Below, piece after piece: positions 56,001 through 64,000 of a DNA stretch of 64,000 bases; positions within the stretch are counted from its first letter, which is position 1; every line of letters starts with the position of its first letter. Below the pieces are notes generated by a model, which saw nothing but the letters and a program-made list of their open reading frames with translations, had not been told where the DNA came from and ran no database searches. Position numbers and translations under genes: made by a program. The DNA is from a bacterium (GTDB lineage Bacteria > Verrucomicrobiota > Verrucomicrobiia > Limisphaerales > UBA11358), in assembly GCA_021817945.1 (NCBI GenBank), contig JAKAFL010000016.1:429-64428 (forward strand), in the 5' to 3' direction.

Positions 56001-56825
56001 AATCTCGAGGACATCCGCAGCGAATGCATCACCATCACCCTTGCTGATGAGGGCCCGGCCAGGGTGGAAACGCTGACCCCCGGGCAGATGGAAGCCAGCG
56101 GCGCTGCCACGGACTGGGCTGCGGTCTCGCAGCAGGTCGAGGCCCTGCAAAAACGCCTGGATGAAATGGGCCCGGTCAACCTTGTGGCCATTGATGAATA
56201 CGAGGAGACCGAGCAGCGCCATCAGTTCCTGACGCAGCAGCACGATGACTTGGTTTCCGCCAAGACGCAGCTTCTGGACGTGATCAACCGCATTAATTCG
56301 CAGACCCGCCAGATGTTCATGGAAACGTTCGAGAAAATTCGCGACAATTTCCGGCTCATGTTCACCGAGGTGTTCGGCGGCGGCAAGGCGGACCTGGTGT
56401 TGTCCGATGAAAACGATGTGTTGGAAAGCGGCATTGACATTGTGGCCCGCCCCCCTGGAAAACAGCTTCAGAGCATTTCACTCCTCTCCGGCGGGGAGCA
56501 GACCATGACTGCCGTCTCGCTGCTGTTTTCCATTTACCAGGTCAAGCCCAGCCCGTTCTGCGTTCTGGACGAATTGGATGCGCCCCTGGATGAATCCAAT
56601 GTTGTCCGCTTCGTCAAAATCCTTCAGCGTTTTCTGGCCCATTCGCAGTTCGTCATCATCACCCACAACAAACGAACCATTGCCATGGCGGATGTCCTGT
56701 ACGGGGTGACCATGCAGGAACACGGGGTGAGCAAAATTGTCAGTGTCAAATTTCACCGGGCGGAGGAGACCGCCGTACCCACTCCAGACCTGCCACCAAC
56801 CCCGGAACCGGCGTCGGTGGCTTGA
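53082..56825 (+). CDS. smc: Chromosome segregation protein SMC
   Basis: It is 1247 aa. Walker A is GPNGCGKSN, with long coiled coils and a hinge. The signature motif is LSGGEQTMTAVSLLFS and Walker B is FCVLDELDAPLDE. Confidence 0.93.
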   Translation: MYLKNLTVFGFKSFADKTALNFQPGVTAIVGPNGCGKSNVSDAIRWVLGEQSAKALRGGEMADVIFNGTDGRKPMGMGEVSLTLGGVGEENLKAAGVEMAYDEVTLTRRIYRDGGSEYFLNRTPCRLRDIQQLFMGTGVGRTSYSILAQGHITQILSSKPEDRRMIFEEAAGITRFKAQKKESLRKLEHTDQNLLRVADLIKEVKRQIGSLQRQAGKAKRYKQLAVELQHLETQHARHQFDVLQGEISSRKEALERLRDEIQQIGEDVLRYESELGGLRAQLSELDHEVAAHQQRGLEIKSEMDRHESRVQFNEERLQEMEVRNAKALGEINEGSQRLDSAQAELGGVLDRLQAAESELKAHRESHQQRQNDLGELEKAMRERQEALRQAQAAAFSAAQDLSRVRNEITALELQKQNNTARLEKLSAEKIQLEAERVALESRLQEFTASVEAQKLHAATTRGSVEQRQQRLRELQGELQQASSEQDKLLHQQSEKRSRLTVLEQLEVSHEGFDPGAVAALRQSRSVLGSLADRIRVPAPYVTAVENALGHYLQIVLTEQPSSAQEILSELQTSKSGRASIAALSLPLYVDDRQLAFDGEMSPSGQSHEDSSALPSGQVVHAVSVIQADPKVEPLLKSLLGRTYIAADLTTATAQIQNGHAGCDFVTLQGELLNRHGIYTGGYLNKAQGKAPSSILGRKNQIAELQAELASIQEQVELASRRRGILLGEQSELQASLQQAQNDLREQEVAVATREGEFKALQSSNRLLNQKIETVIFEIQSLASQQEEGARKVEVLSSRQADMVGAEKAAQDQVTSLTAEMESLRQGRDAATTALTECKVALASGEQFVSSARQQKQALESRMRELAQALEQRRNECEGILARQEQARSEIQDSQSHCQRLGHDRAQVSEQTARLLSQKTDQESAIGLHEETLRERRNQLAGFQNQRGIVEVELAQKDLHVQNLLEKVRQKYHINLEDIRSECITITLADEGPARVETLTPGQMEASGAATDWAAVSQQVEALQKRLDEMGPVNLVAIDEYEETEQRHQFLTQQHDDLVSAKTQLLDVINRINSQTRQMFMETFEKIRDNFRLMFTEVFGGGKADLVLSDENDVLESGIDIVARPPGKQLQSISLLSGGEQTMTAVSLLFSIYQVKPSPFCVLDELDAPLDESNVVRFVKILQRFLAHSQFVIITHNKRTIAMADVLYGVTMQEHGVSKIVSVKFHRAEETAVPTPDLPPTPEPASVA

Positions 56826-56894
56826 GGTGATTTGAAATTCTGCAAAAATTAAAACATGAGTCTTGGTCCATGGAGCCCTTGAGGGGGAGCCAGA

Positions 56895-59800
56895 CTAAGG
56901 CGAAACCGTACGGTAAAACTGCTGCTGGGAGTGTGATTGGGGGAACGAAATGGTCACCGTGGCATCGGCCGCATTGGTGATGCTTCCCGGGAGAATCTCC
57001 CAGGCATTCCCAGCCAGGTTGGAACTGGATTCCACGTGATAAGGAAATCCAGGCGTGGTGGCATAGGTGAGAAAGACCATGCCATTGAGCAAATCCACCT
57101 TGGGGATCAACTGGCTGGGAGGAGGGGGGCTGGAAAGAACACTGAAAGCCTGGCTGAGGACTGGTTTCAAGGCAATTCCCGTGGCATTGGTGGTGAAGGC
57201 GAGGAGTTGGTTTCCAAACCCGGCCAAATTGACGGCCAAATTATGAAAAGCCGCCACGCCATTGCCTGCATTGGTGCCGATATCTTGCGCGTTTGATCCC
57301 AAAAGCAAGCCGCTGGAATTGGTCAGGGCTAATTGCACCACCAGATTTCCCGGCAAATTCAGGGATGTGGCATGACCCAGGGCGTCCACGGCTTGCACCA
57401 CAGGTTGGTGGGTCATGGCGAGACCCGCCACGGCACCTGCGGGTTGAGCGGCGAATGCCAGCGCGGTGGCGGGGCCCAGCACGATAAATGGCAGGCTTTG
57501 AGCCGAAACGCTGCTCCCCACAGTATCCATGGCATCCAGAACGTGAGCGCCCGGGACACTTATGGTCAGATCATTGAAATGCGCCAAACCTGCCTGGTCC
57601 GTCACCCGCGAGAGCGTGCCGGACAGTCCCCCAAGGGAATCCCCTAAAACCACGTTGATTTCTGCATTCGAGACAGGAAGGCTGTTTGCATCCAGGGCTT
57701 CCACCAGGATTTCCGGGCTGATAACCATCCCCTGCGCGGTTGTGGATGGCTGTTGAATGAATGCCAGGGATTGAACCGGTGTCCATGGCAAAAAATAAGC
57801 AGTTTCACTGATTGGACTGTTCATGGCAACCTGTGCGGGGTTGTTGGTGCCGGAATAGGAACCGGAACCAGCGCCAATCCAGTTCTCAAAATTGTATCCA
57901 TTGGAAGCCACGGCACTCAAGTAGAGCACTGTTCCAGGATTGGTCCATTGGCTTTGTGGAAAAACCTGTCCCCCTATTGACGGATTCATGGTCAGAAGGT
58001 ACTGGGTGGCGTAGGCCGCTGTGTCAGTGAACGACATGGATGGCGTCAGCAGATGCGATTGTCCGCCGCCATCACTCCATCCATTCCAGAGGTACTGGGT
58101 GCCGGAATTTTGCTGGGGTGATGATGCCAGAAGCCAATGACTGGTCCCGGCGGGCCATAAAAATGTCCGGGGTGATGAACCATTTGTTCCATCCACGTTC
58201 AAGGCCAGGTTCGGCGGGCTGGATTGGAACGTGACGGCCACGGAATTGGATTGGAACAGGAGGGAAAACTGTGAGGATGCATTCAAGTATTCAGCCAGGG
58301 CGTTGTTCATGAGAGATAATCCGCCTGTTGCATCGTTGCGTACCCACAGTCCATTGCGCCCGCTTGCACCAATACCATAATTTGGAATGGAGACGTTGGC
58401 AGCCACTGCATTGGACAAAACACCGTTGCCGCCAATGATGCTCATGCCATCAGAAATGCTATTGGTGATCAAAACATCCCCGAGAACCAGGCCGTGAATG
58501 CCGCCTGCATAGGAATCCATGCAGAGCTGCAAGGCAGCCCTCCATTGGTAACCGGGGTCATAGCCGCCGCAGCGGACCAGATTGCAACGTAATATGGAAG
58601 TGATGCCGGAAAATGTGTTGGCGCCAACGGGAAAGGTGGTGCTGGCCAGGATGCCGCAGCCGTAGGGAATATCCTGAAACAGGCAGTCCTGAATCGAATT
58701 GCTGATTCCACCGTAAATGGCGCCACCGTTGGCCAGGAAAGGAAGCATTCCAGTACAATGAGTCACCAGGTTGAATCCCGGCACATAGGTCTGCTGTGTG
58801 TAGGTTGCCGGCCAGATGGGAAAGCAATCATCCCCGGTGCCTCGAGCCGTGCAGTTTGTCACGATGGTGGATTCCATTCCCACCGCCAGGTTGCAACCAT
58901 CCGCAATGGTGTCCCTGAAACGGCAGCCATCCACGATCAATCCCTTTGAATTGGTGAGCCATGCGCCTGTTTTGGTGTGTTCCACCCAGATGCGTGAGAG
59001 GGTGGAACCGGTGCCATAAGAGCCCCCCAGGCCATCATTGGGTTCACTGTCATTGCGATAATTCAGAAAGCCTTGAATGGAAAAATCAGCGAGGTGGATA
59101 TTGCTGCCGTTTCCATGAACAAAAACCCGCGCTGAGGGATTGGAGTTGTACACTGAAGCATTGCCCACAAGGCGGGTAAACCACATTCCCGCTCCCTGAA
59201 CGATGGCGCCCGTGGGCAGGTTTAGGGTGCCACTAACAAGGTACTGGCCCGGCGGAAGCCATGCAGCCACGCCCTTTGAAACCGCCGCATTAATGCAATT
59301 TTGCACGGAAGCCGTTGCATCGGATGCCCCGTTGGTGGAAGCCCCATAAGCCAGAACGGACAGGGATCCTGCCGGTTGCGGGAGGGGCGTTCCAGCGATC
59401 TCGAGGTCCACCAGATCTATGTCATACCAGGCAGCGTTGTCTCCGGCATCCATTTGCAGCCGGATCAAATCCCCGGTCTTGATGGAAAATCCGGTGGCCC
59501 GGACCTCATCAAAAAAATTCCTGGGACTGCCCGCCGAGGGTTCGTTGGTAAATGGATAATTCCCGTAGAGCCAGCTATAGCGCGAGGTCATGGGTAAAAC
59601 AGCCGCTAAAACGCCGTTGGTATAGAGGCTCAAGTTGTAATCCGCACCACTGCCATTCGCGGTGTCTGGCACGCTGTAACGCACCACCATGGAATCAGCG
59701 GCTGCCTGGGCGGTGAATTCCACGTATTGACCGGTGCCATTGAGTTCCATGCATTTCCTGCCTGACGCTTCGGACGCAACCAGGTTGGGGCCGTATTGCG

Positions 59801-60026
59801 GACCCAGGAGCGTGGCTCCGCCGGAAGTCATGTTTTCTGCTTCATAGGTGATCCACGGAACGGCTGCGCCCGGGATAATGTTGCCCATGGCCGTGCCAAC
59901 CCAATGGGTACAAGCCAAAATCAGCACGATCCATACTTTATCGGGCCAAAACACAGCCAATGCGATTCCCGGTGCTCTAATACGAACGCCGGAACTGGCA
60001 TGGGTTTGGGAAAAAAACCAAGACAT
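56895..60026 (-). CDS. Large secreted right-handed beta-helix (pectate-lyase-superfamily / glycoside-hydrolase-like) protein with InlB-B-type and Ig-like repeats
   Basis: An N-terminal hydrophobic signal is followed by a carbohydrate-binding-like module (ITYEAENMTSGGATLLGPQYG...VVRYSVPD). Repeated beta-helix turns are visible (IVDGCRFRDTIADGCNL...TNCTARGTGDDCF). InlB-B-like repeats (GYNFENWIGAGSGSYSG) and several Ig-like repeats follow. The C-terminus is ...QQFYRTVSP. Confidence 0.6.
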   Translation of the reverse strand: MSWFFSQTHASSGVRIRAPGIALAVFWPDKVWIVLILACTHWVGTAMGNIIPGAAVPWITYEAENMTSGGATLLGPQYGPNLVASEASGRKCMELNGTGQYVEFTAQAAADSMVVRYSVPDTANGSGADYNLSLYTNGVLAAVLPMTSRYSWLYGNYPFTNEPSAGSPRNFFDEVRATGFSIKTGDLIRLQMDAGDNAAWYDIDLVDLEIAGTPLPQPAGSLSVLAYGASTNGASDATASVQNCINAAVSKGVAAWLPPGQYLVSGTLNLPTGAIVQGAGMWFTRLVGNASVYNSNPSARVFVHGNGSNIHLADFSIQGFLNYRNDSEPNDGLGGSYGTGSTLSRIWVEHTKTGAWLTNSKGLIVDGCRFRDTIADGCNLAVGMESTIVTNCTARGTGDDCFPIWPATYTQQTYVPGFNLVTHCTGMLPFLANGGAIYGGISNSIQDCLFQDIPYGCGILASTTFPVGANTFSGITSILRCNLVRCGGYDPGYQWRAALQLCMDSYAGGIHGLVLGDVLITNSISDGMSIIGGNGVLSNAVAANVSIPNYGIGASGRNGLWVRNDATGGLSLMNNALAEYLNASSQFSLLFQSNSVAVTFQSSPPNLALNVDGTNGSSPRTFLWPAGTSHWLLASSPQQNSGTQYLWNGWSDGGGQSHLLTPSMSFTDTAAYATQYLLTMNPSIGGQVFPQSQWTNPGTVLYLSAVASNGYNFENWIGAGSGSYSGTNNPAQVAMNSPISETAYFLPWTPVQSLAFIQQPSTTAQGMVISPEILVEALDANSLPVSNAEINVVLGDSLGGLSGTLSRVTDQAGLAHFNDLTISVPGAHVLDAMDTVGSSVSAQSLPFIVLGPATALAFAAQPAGAVAGLAMTHQPVVQAVDALGHATSLNLPGNLVVQLALTNSSGLLLGSNAQDIGTNAGNGVAAFHNLAVNLAGFGNQLLAFTTNATGIALKPVLSQAFSVLSSPPPPSQLIPKVDLLNGMVFLTYATTPGFPYHVESSSNLAGNAWEILPGSITNAADATVTISFPQSHSQQQFYRTVSP

Positions 60027-60345
60027 TCAACTCAAAGGGTAATGCCTACGACTACTGTGAAGCCAGTCGCATGAAGTGTGGACAGGTATTTTTGGTCAAA
60101 AAGTCATAACCTACTGATTTTGTATTGGTTAAACAAAAAATTGGCCTTGTTGTCATTGAGGGTGCCAAACCTGTTTTGCAGCCCCGGTAATTTGGCAAGG
60201 GGCGGGGCTCAAGATCATCAAAGTCTAAACGTTGTGGAATGCCATCCAGGGATTGGAACCTGCCTGGTTGTTGTTCAGCCATTATCTCAATCGGTCACAT
60301 TTTTGTTTCGTCGGATTGGTCGGTTTCCACTAAGCTTTGCCCCCC

Positions 60346-62097
60346 ATGAAGTGGACGAATACATTGGTGCCAACCCTGCGCGAAGCCCCGGCTGACGCGG
60401 AGATTGTCTCCCACAAATTATTATTGAGGGCTGGTTTGATCCGCAAGCTGGCTGGCGGCGTTTACACCTTTTTGCCGATGGGGTTACGAGTGCTGAGGAA
60501 GGTGGAGGAAATCATCCGCGAGGAATTGGATGACGCCGGAGCCGTGGAGGTTTTGATGCCAGCCTTGCAGCCGCGCGAGCTTTGGGAGCAGAGTGGAAGA
60601 GCTGAAACAGCGCGTGACGTGCTTTTCAGGGTCAAAGACGGGGCATCCCGCGAATGGTTTTTAAGTCCCACAGCCGAGGAGGTGATCACCTCAATCGCGG
60701 CGAACGAAATCAATTCCTACCGGCAATTGCCCAAAAATTTTTACCAGATCAGCACCAAATTCCGTGATGAAATCCGGCCCCGATTTGGTTTGATGCGTGC
60801 CAAGGAGTTCATCATGAAGGATGCCTATTCCTTTGATGCCAGCGACGAAGGCGCCATGGCGAGCTATCGCAAAATGTATGACGCCTACCAGCGAATTTTT
60901 GCCCGGTGCGGTCTCAAATCCTTTCCGGTGGAGGCGGATACCGGGGTGATTGGGGGCAATTATTCCCACGAATTCATGGTGCCGGCCGAGACTGGAGAAA
61001 ATGAGGTGGCGTTTTGCGAGGGTTGCGGCTATGCGGCCAACCTTGAAAAGGCAACCAGCAACCTGCCGGCCACGGCGTCCGATGACACCGGGGCCGAGGT
61101 GGAGGAATTTGCCACGCCTGGCGTGGTGACCATTGAAGCCCTTACCAAGGCTCCGCATCAAATTCGCGCCAACCGCCAGGTCAAGACCCTCGTTTACATT
61201 GCCGATTCCAAACCTGTCCTGATTTTGATTCGAGGTGACGACCAATTGAATGAAACCAAGTTCATGGCCCGGACGGGTGCAACCGCCGTGCGGCCTGCCA
61301 CTTCCGAGGAAATTGTTTCCCTGCTGGGTGCCCGAGCCGGATCGTTGGGCGCGGTTCGGTCGGTGCCCCCGCACGTGGCCATCCATGCAGACCTGCGCCT
61401 AAAGGGTGCTCGTGGAATGGTCACCGGGGCGAACAAGGATGGTTTTCATCTTCGCCACGTTTCCATGGACCGGGATGTGCAGGTGGCGCATTGGAACGAT
61501 TTGCGGACTGTCCGTGCGGGTGAACCGTGCCCCAAGTGCGGGCTTTCATTGAAGCTCCGTCGCGCCATTGAGGTGGGGCATGTCTTCAAGCTGGGAACCA
61601 AGTACAGCGAAAAGTTGAATGCTCAGTTTTTGGATGAAACCGGAAACCTCAAACCTGCGGTGATGGGTTGTTATGGGATAGGAGTGACTCGGACTTTGCA
61701 GGCCATCATTGAACAGGGGAACGATGCGGATGGGATCATCTGGCCGGTGACCGTGGCGCCCTACCAGGTTTGTCTCACACCCCTGAATGTGGCGCCTGAA
61801 GGCGAAGTAATGCAATGGGCGGCCCGCATTTATGAGGAACTGCGCTCCTCGGGGGTGGATGTGATTCTGGACGACCGGGATGAGCGTCCGGGTGTAAAAT
61901 TCAAGGATGCCGACCTGGTGGGATTCCCGCTGCGTGTGGCCCTTGGGGAAAAAGGGCTGGCCAAAGGCGATGTGGAATTGAAACCTCGCGGAGGCGCGGT
62001 GCAATTTGTAAAAGCCGCCGAGGCGGTTGAAAGCATCAAGACATGGCTTAAAAAGGCGATGGAAGCCACATCACCCATTCACCGTGGCAAAGAGTAA
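60346..62097 (+). CDS. proS: Proline--tRNA ligase (bacterial type with INS editing domain)
   Basis: Class II motifs are present (FRDEIRPRFGLMRAKEFIMKDAYSF; GCYGIGVTR), along with an inserted editing domain and a C-terminal anticodon-binding domain. The ATG at 60346 (MKWTNTLVPTLREAP) matches the usual ProS N-terminus. The tracked TTG is at 60337. Confidence 0.92.
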   Translation: MKWTNTLVPTLREAPADAEIVSHKLLLRAGLIRKLAGGVYTFLPMGLRVLRKVEEIIREELDDAGAVEVLMPALQPRELWEQSGRAETARDVLFRVKDGASREWFLSPTAEEVITSIAANEINSYRQLPKNFYQISTKFRDEIRPRFGLMRAKEFIMKDAYSFDASDEGAMASYRKMYDAYQRIFARCGLKSFPVEADTGVIGGNYSHEFMVPAETGENEVAFCEGCGYAANLEKATSNLPATASDDTGAEVEEFATPGVVTIEALTKAPHQIRANRQVKTLVYIADSKPVLILIRGDDQLNETKFMARTGATAVRPATSEEIVSLLGARAGSLGAVRSVPPHVAIHADLRLKGARGMVTGANKDGFHLRHVSMDRDVQVAHWNDLRTVRAGEPCPKCGLSLKLRRAIEVGHVFKLGTKYSEKLNAQFLDETGNLKPAVMGCYGIGVTRTLQAIIEQGNDADGIIWPVTVAPYQVCLTPLNVAPEGEVMQWAARIYEELRSSGVDVILDDRDERPGVKFKDADLVGFPLRVALGEKGLAKGDVELKPRGGAVQFVKAAEAVESIKTWLKKAMEATSPIHRGKE

Positions 62098-63044
62098 AAT
62101 TCAAACCGGACAGGCCAGCGGCCCAATGGATCCAAGTTCGCCATAAAGTAGCCCCCATCATTCAAAAGCTCGATGCCGGCCAGGGCGGGGCATAATCGCA
62201 CCTTGAAAGGTGCCCATTCCCGGGCCTGATGAAGCGCGGCGGTCATTTTTGCCACGGATGGCCCCAATCCACGCAGGACAGGCATCCCCGCCAGAAACCG
62301 GCTTTTCCATAGGATTAAGTCGGAATGAAGGTGCCCGATGACGGTTTGCTCCACTTGACCCAGCCGATCGCGAATTTCCTTCTCTGCCGCCAGGAAAGGC
62401 AGGGCAGTGGGATCGTGGCAAAACAGTAGCACCCTTTGGTCCGGTTCCAGGCTGGAAAAGGCTTTGCGAATCTGGTCGAGGTGATTGACCCGGAGCTTTT
62501 GCCATTCCATTTGGTCATCAGGCAGAACGTCAGCCGAATGTGCGGGCAGGGTGATCAGTGAGGACGTCACGCCCATCAAAACATAGCGCCCTTCGTTGAT
62601 CTGCCAAAATGAGGGGATGCGCAGGCGCTCAGTGGCCAGTTTCCAGCTTTCCAGGCTCATGTTCCCCCGGTTGGAAAACAAGGTGCGCTTTCCCAGTTCA
62701 TGATCCCCCAAGACCAGCCTCAGGCGGTCACCAAACTTTTGAGCCAATGCCTCCAGGCAAATGCGCGCGCTTTCAAGGCAAGCCGGATCCGCTACACCAA
62801 TGAAACCCGAATCCATGGCGAAATCCCCGTTTACGATCACATGGTCCGCCTCAATCGGTTGTCTGAGAAAAGCGTGAAATTGGGGTGTCCGGTCCAGTGG
62901 ATTTCGCATCCAGAACCAATGCCGGTAGGCCCGGGCCAGAAAGCGCGTCCTGGCATTAGGGATGGCTTCCATCTCGTAATCACCACCGCGGGCGGTTTCC
63001 GCCGGGCCTGCATAATGAATGTCACTGAGCAGGAGCAGGTTCAT
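62079..63044 (-). CDS. Metallophosphoesterase family protein
   Basis: The motifs LLLSDIHYAG, VNGDF, LGDHELG and GHLH are present. The start is either 63044 (MNLLLLSD) or 63065; both overlap the recO 3' end. Confidence 0.7.
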   Translation of the reverse strand: MNLLLLSDIHYAGPAETARGGDYEMEAIPNARTRFLARAYRHWFWMRNPLDRTPQFHAFLRQPIEADHVIVNGDFAMDSGFIGVADPACLESARICLEALAQKFGDRLRLVLGDHELGKRTLFSNRGNMSLESWKLATERLRIPSFWQINEGRYVLMGVTSSLITLPAHSADVLPDDQMEWQKLRVNHLDQIRKAFSSLEPDQRVLLFCHDPTALPFLAAEKEIRDRLGQVEQTVIGHLHSDLILWKSRFLAGMPVLRGLGPSVAKMTAALHQAREWAPFKVRLCPALAGIELLNDGGYFMANLDPLGRWPVRFEFYSLPR

Positions 63045-63699
63045 GGGTTGAGAGTGGGCAAGCACGTATGGCGTTGGACCGGCCGCGTGGCAATCGTTCC
63101 AAATGATAGATCAAATAGCCATGAAGCCATTGGCCCAAAAGGGCGAGGGTCGCGGCATTCGATTTTAAATTTTGCAGGTCCGGCCAGGGGAATTCCAAAA
63201 GGGTTTGCATCAGGTCCATGACATGGGGAGGCAGGCGCAGCCCGGATAAATCCGGCCCCAATCCCAATTCACGAAGGAGCTTTAATTCAAAGGCAAAAAC
63301 AGTTGCGGACTGGACCGGCATGGTTTCCACCGAGTGCAAAAATTCCCTGGTCAGGAGGTATAGTTCCGGGAGGGGGGTTTCCCTCTCTGTAACCTGTTCC
63401 AGGCAGGTGGTGGCGTAGGCGGCCTGCTGAAGGCGTCCGAGATCCAGCCGGAAAGCGTTGGGCGCCCGCACCACGCGCACCTCGCGCAATGGGTGAAGTG
63501 AGCCGGGGCGCCCGCGATGAAAGGAAAAATCCGCTTCAAAAAACAAATCCAGCCTGCCGGCGAAGGGGGATTTGGGTTTGCGGGCGCCCTTGGCCACTGT
63601 GCTGAGGCGTCCGGTGGATGGGCTGATCCACTCCACAATGAGGCTAGATTCGGTCAATGGGCGCGTGCGCAGGATGATGCCGGTGGCGTTTTCGATCAT
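63022..63699 (-). CDS. recO: DNA repair protein RecO
   Basis: An N-terminal OB-fold pattern is present (GIILRTRPLTESSLIVEWISPSTGRLSTVAKGARKPKSPFAGRLDLF). The protein is 225 aa with RecO-like C-terminal helices. Confidence 0.8.
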   Translation of the reverse strand: MIENATGIILRTRPLTESSLIVEWISPSTGRLSTVAKGARKPKSPFAGRLDLFFEADFSFHRGRPGSLHPLREVRVVRAPNAFRLDLGRLQQAAYATTCLEQVTERETPLPELYLLTREFLHSVETMPVQSATVFAFELKLLRELGLGPDLSGLRLPPHVMDLMQTLLEFPWPDLQNLKSNAATLALLGQWLHGYLIYHLERLPRGRSNAIRACPLSTHEPAPAQ

Positions 63700-63738
63700 G
63701 GCTGAGGACCAAGGCGGGAGGGTCGGTCTTAATGGCTC

Positions 63739-64000
63739 TTAGTTTAGGCCTAAAACTTTCTTGGTTAAGCACTTGCGCCGCACCACTCCGGGAACACTTT
63801 CAAAAAGTATTTTGCGGGAGAGCTTTTGCATTTGATCCATGATACGGCTGAGTTTGGGTTGGTTGGATTCGGCTTGCTTGAGCCAGTGATATTGCTCTTC
63901 GGACAGCGCCACCATCGCGGTTTTGGTCTTTATTTTTCGCGTCCAGACGCAACGACTGCCTATCTGCCCGGGCGCGCGCTCGAAATCACTGGTTTGGCTG
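63739..64000 (-). CDS. Partial ORF running off the window end (3' part only), function unknown
   Basis: An open frame on the minus strand ends with TAA at 63739-63741 (...MVALSEEQYHWLKQAESNQPKLSRIMDQMQKLSRKILFESVPGVVRRKCLTKKVLGLN). It is not in the supplied track because its start lies outside the window. I recognise no family. Confidence 0.3.
   Translation of the reverse strand, partial: SQTSDFERAPGQIGSRCVWTRKIKTKTAMVALSEEQYHWLKQAESNQPKLSRIMDQMQKLSRKILFESVPGVVRRKCLTKKVLGLN

Noticed and set aside
60027-60345. Possible T-box or attenuator leader upstream of proS
   Set aside because: No T-box consensus (AGGGUGGNACCGCG-type) or specifier/terminator arrangement is visible. There is only an isolated hairpin (agccccg...cggggct).
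60691-61386. 231-aa ORF on the minus strand
   Set aside because: It is antisense to proS, which has unambiguous class II synthetase motifs. It is a shadow ORF.

Overview
This window looks like a gene-dense chromosomal segment from a moderately GC-rich Gram-negative bacterium. Gene content and protein style suggest the PVC/Verrucomicrobia group, but that is inference and I cannot verify it here. I did not recognise any rRNA, tRNA or CRISPR array.

Most of the window is housekeeping:
- Central and amino-acid metabolism: ppc, ilvD, aroK, queG.
- Nucleic-acid and translation functions: rnhC, smc, proS, recO.
- LPS heptose genes.
- Two type-III P-type ATPases: one H+-pump-like, and one MgtA with an EIIA(Ntr)-like gene and a porin beside it.
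- An ECF sigma/anti-sigma pair.
- A pilMNOPQ pilus/secretin operon.
- A DsbD plus redoxin pair.
- Large secreted proteins.

The observations most worth a second look are:
1. An 11-kb, ten-gene, translationally coupled operon (30371-41298). It encodes a complete Alternative Complex III (actABCDEF), followed by a cbb3-like module. In that module the CcoN-like subunit appears to have lost the canonical haem and CuB histidine ligands, while the CcoO-like and monohaem cytochrome c partners keep their CxxCH sites.
2. A clear SAM-I riboswitch with an intrinsic terminator. It sits upstream of a thrC-like gene, a MoaD/ThiS-like GG-terminated sulfur carrier and a NIL-domain gene. This points to SAM-controlled, protein-thiocarboxylate-dependent homocysteine synthesis (MetM/MetO-like).
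3. A family of about 175-bp MITE-like elements with about 30-bp terminal inverted repeats. I found three full copies and one truncated copy. One full copy carries a second, nested inverted-repeat element.
4. Unusual fusions and degenerate domains. One is an RluA-type pseudouridine synthase fused to an RlmI-like methyltransferase. The other is an LplT-PlsC-Aas triple fusion whose acyltransferase HX4D motif is degenerate.

All calls rest on reading the supplied translations and the DNA by eye. No database searches were run.
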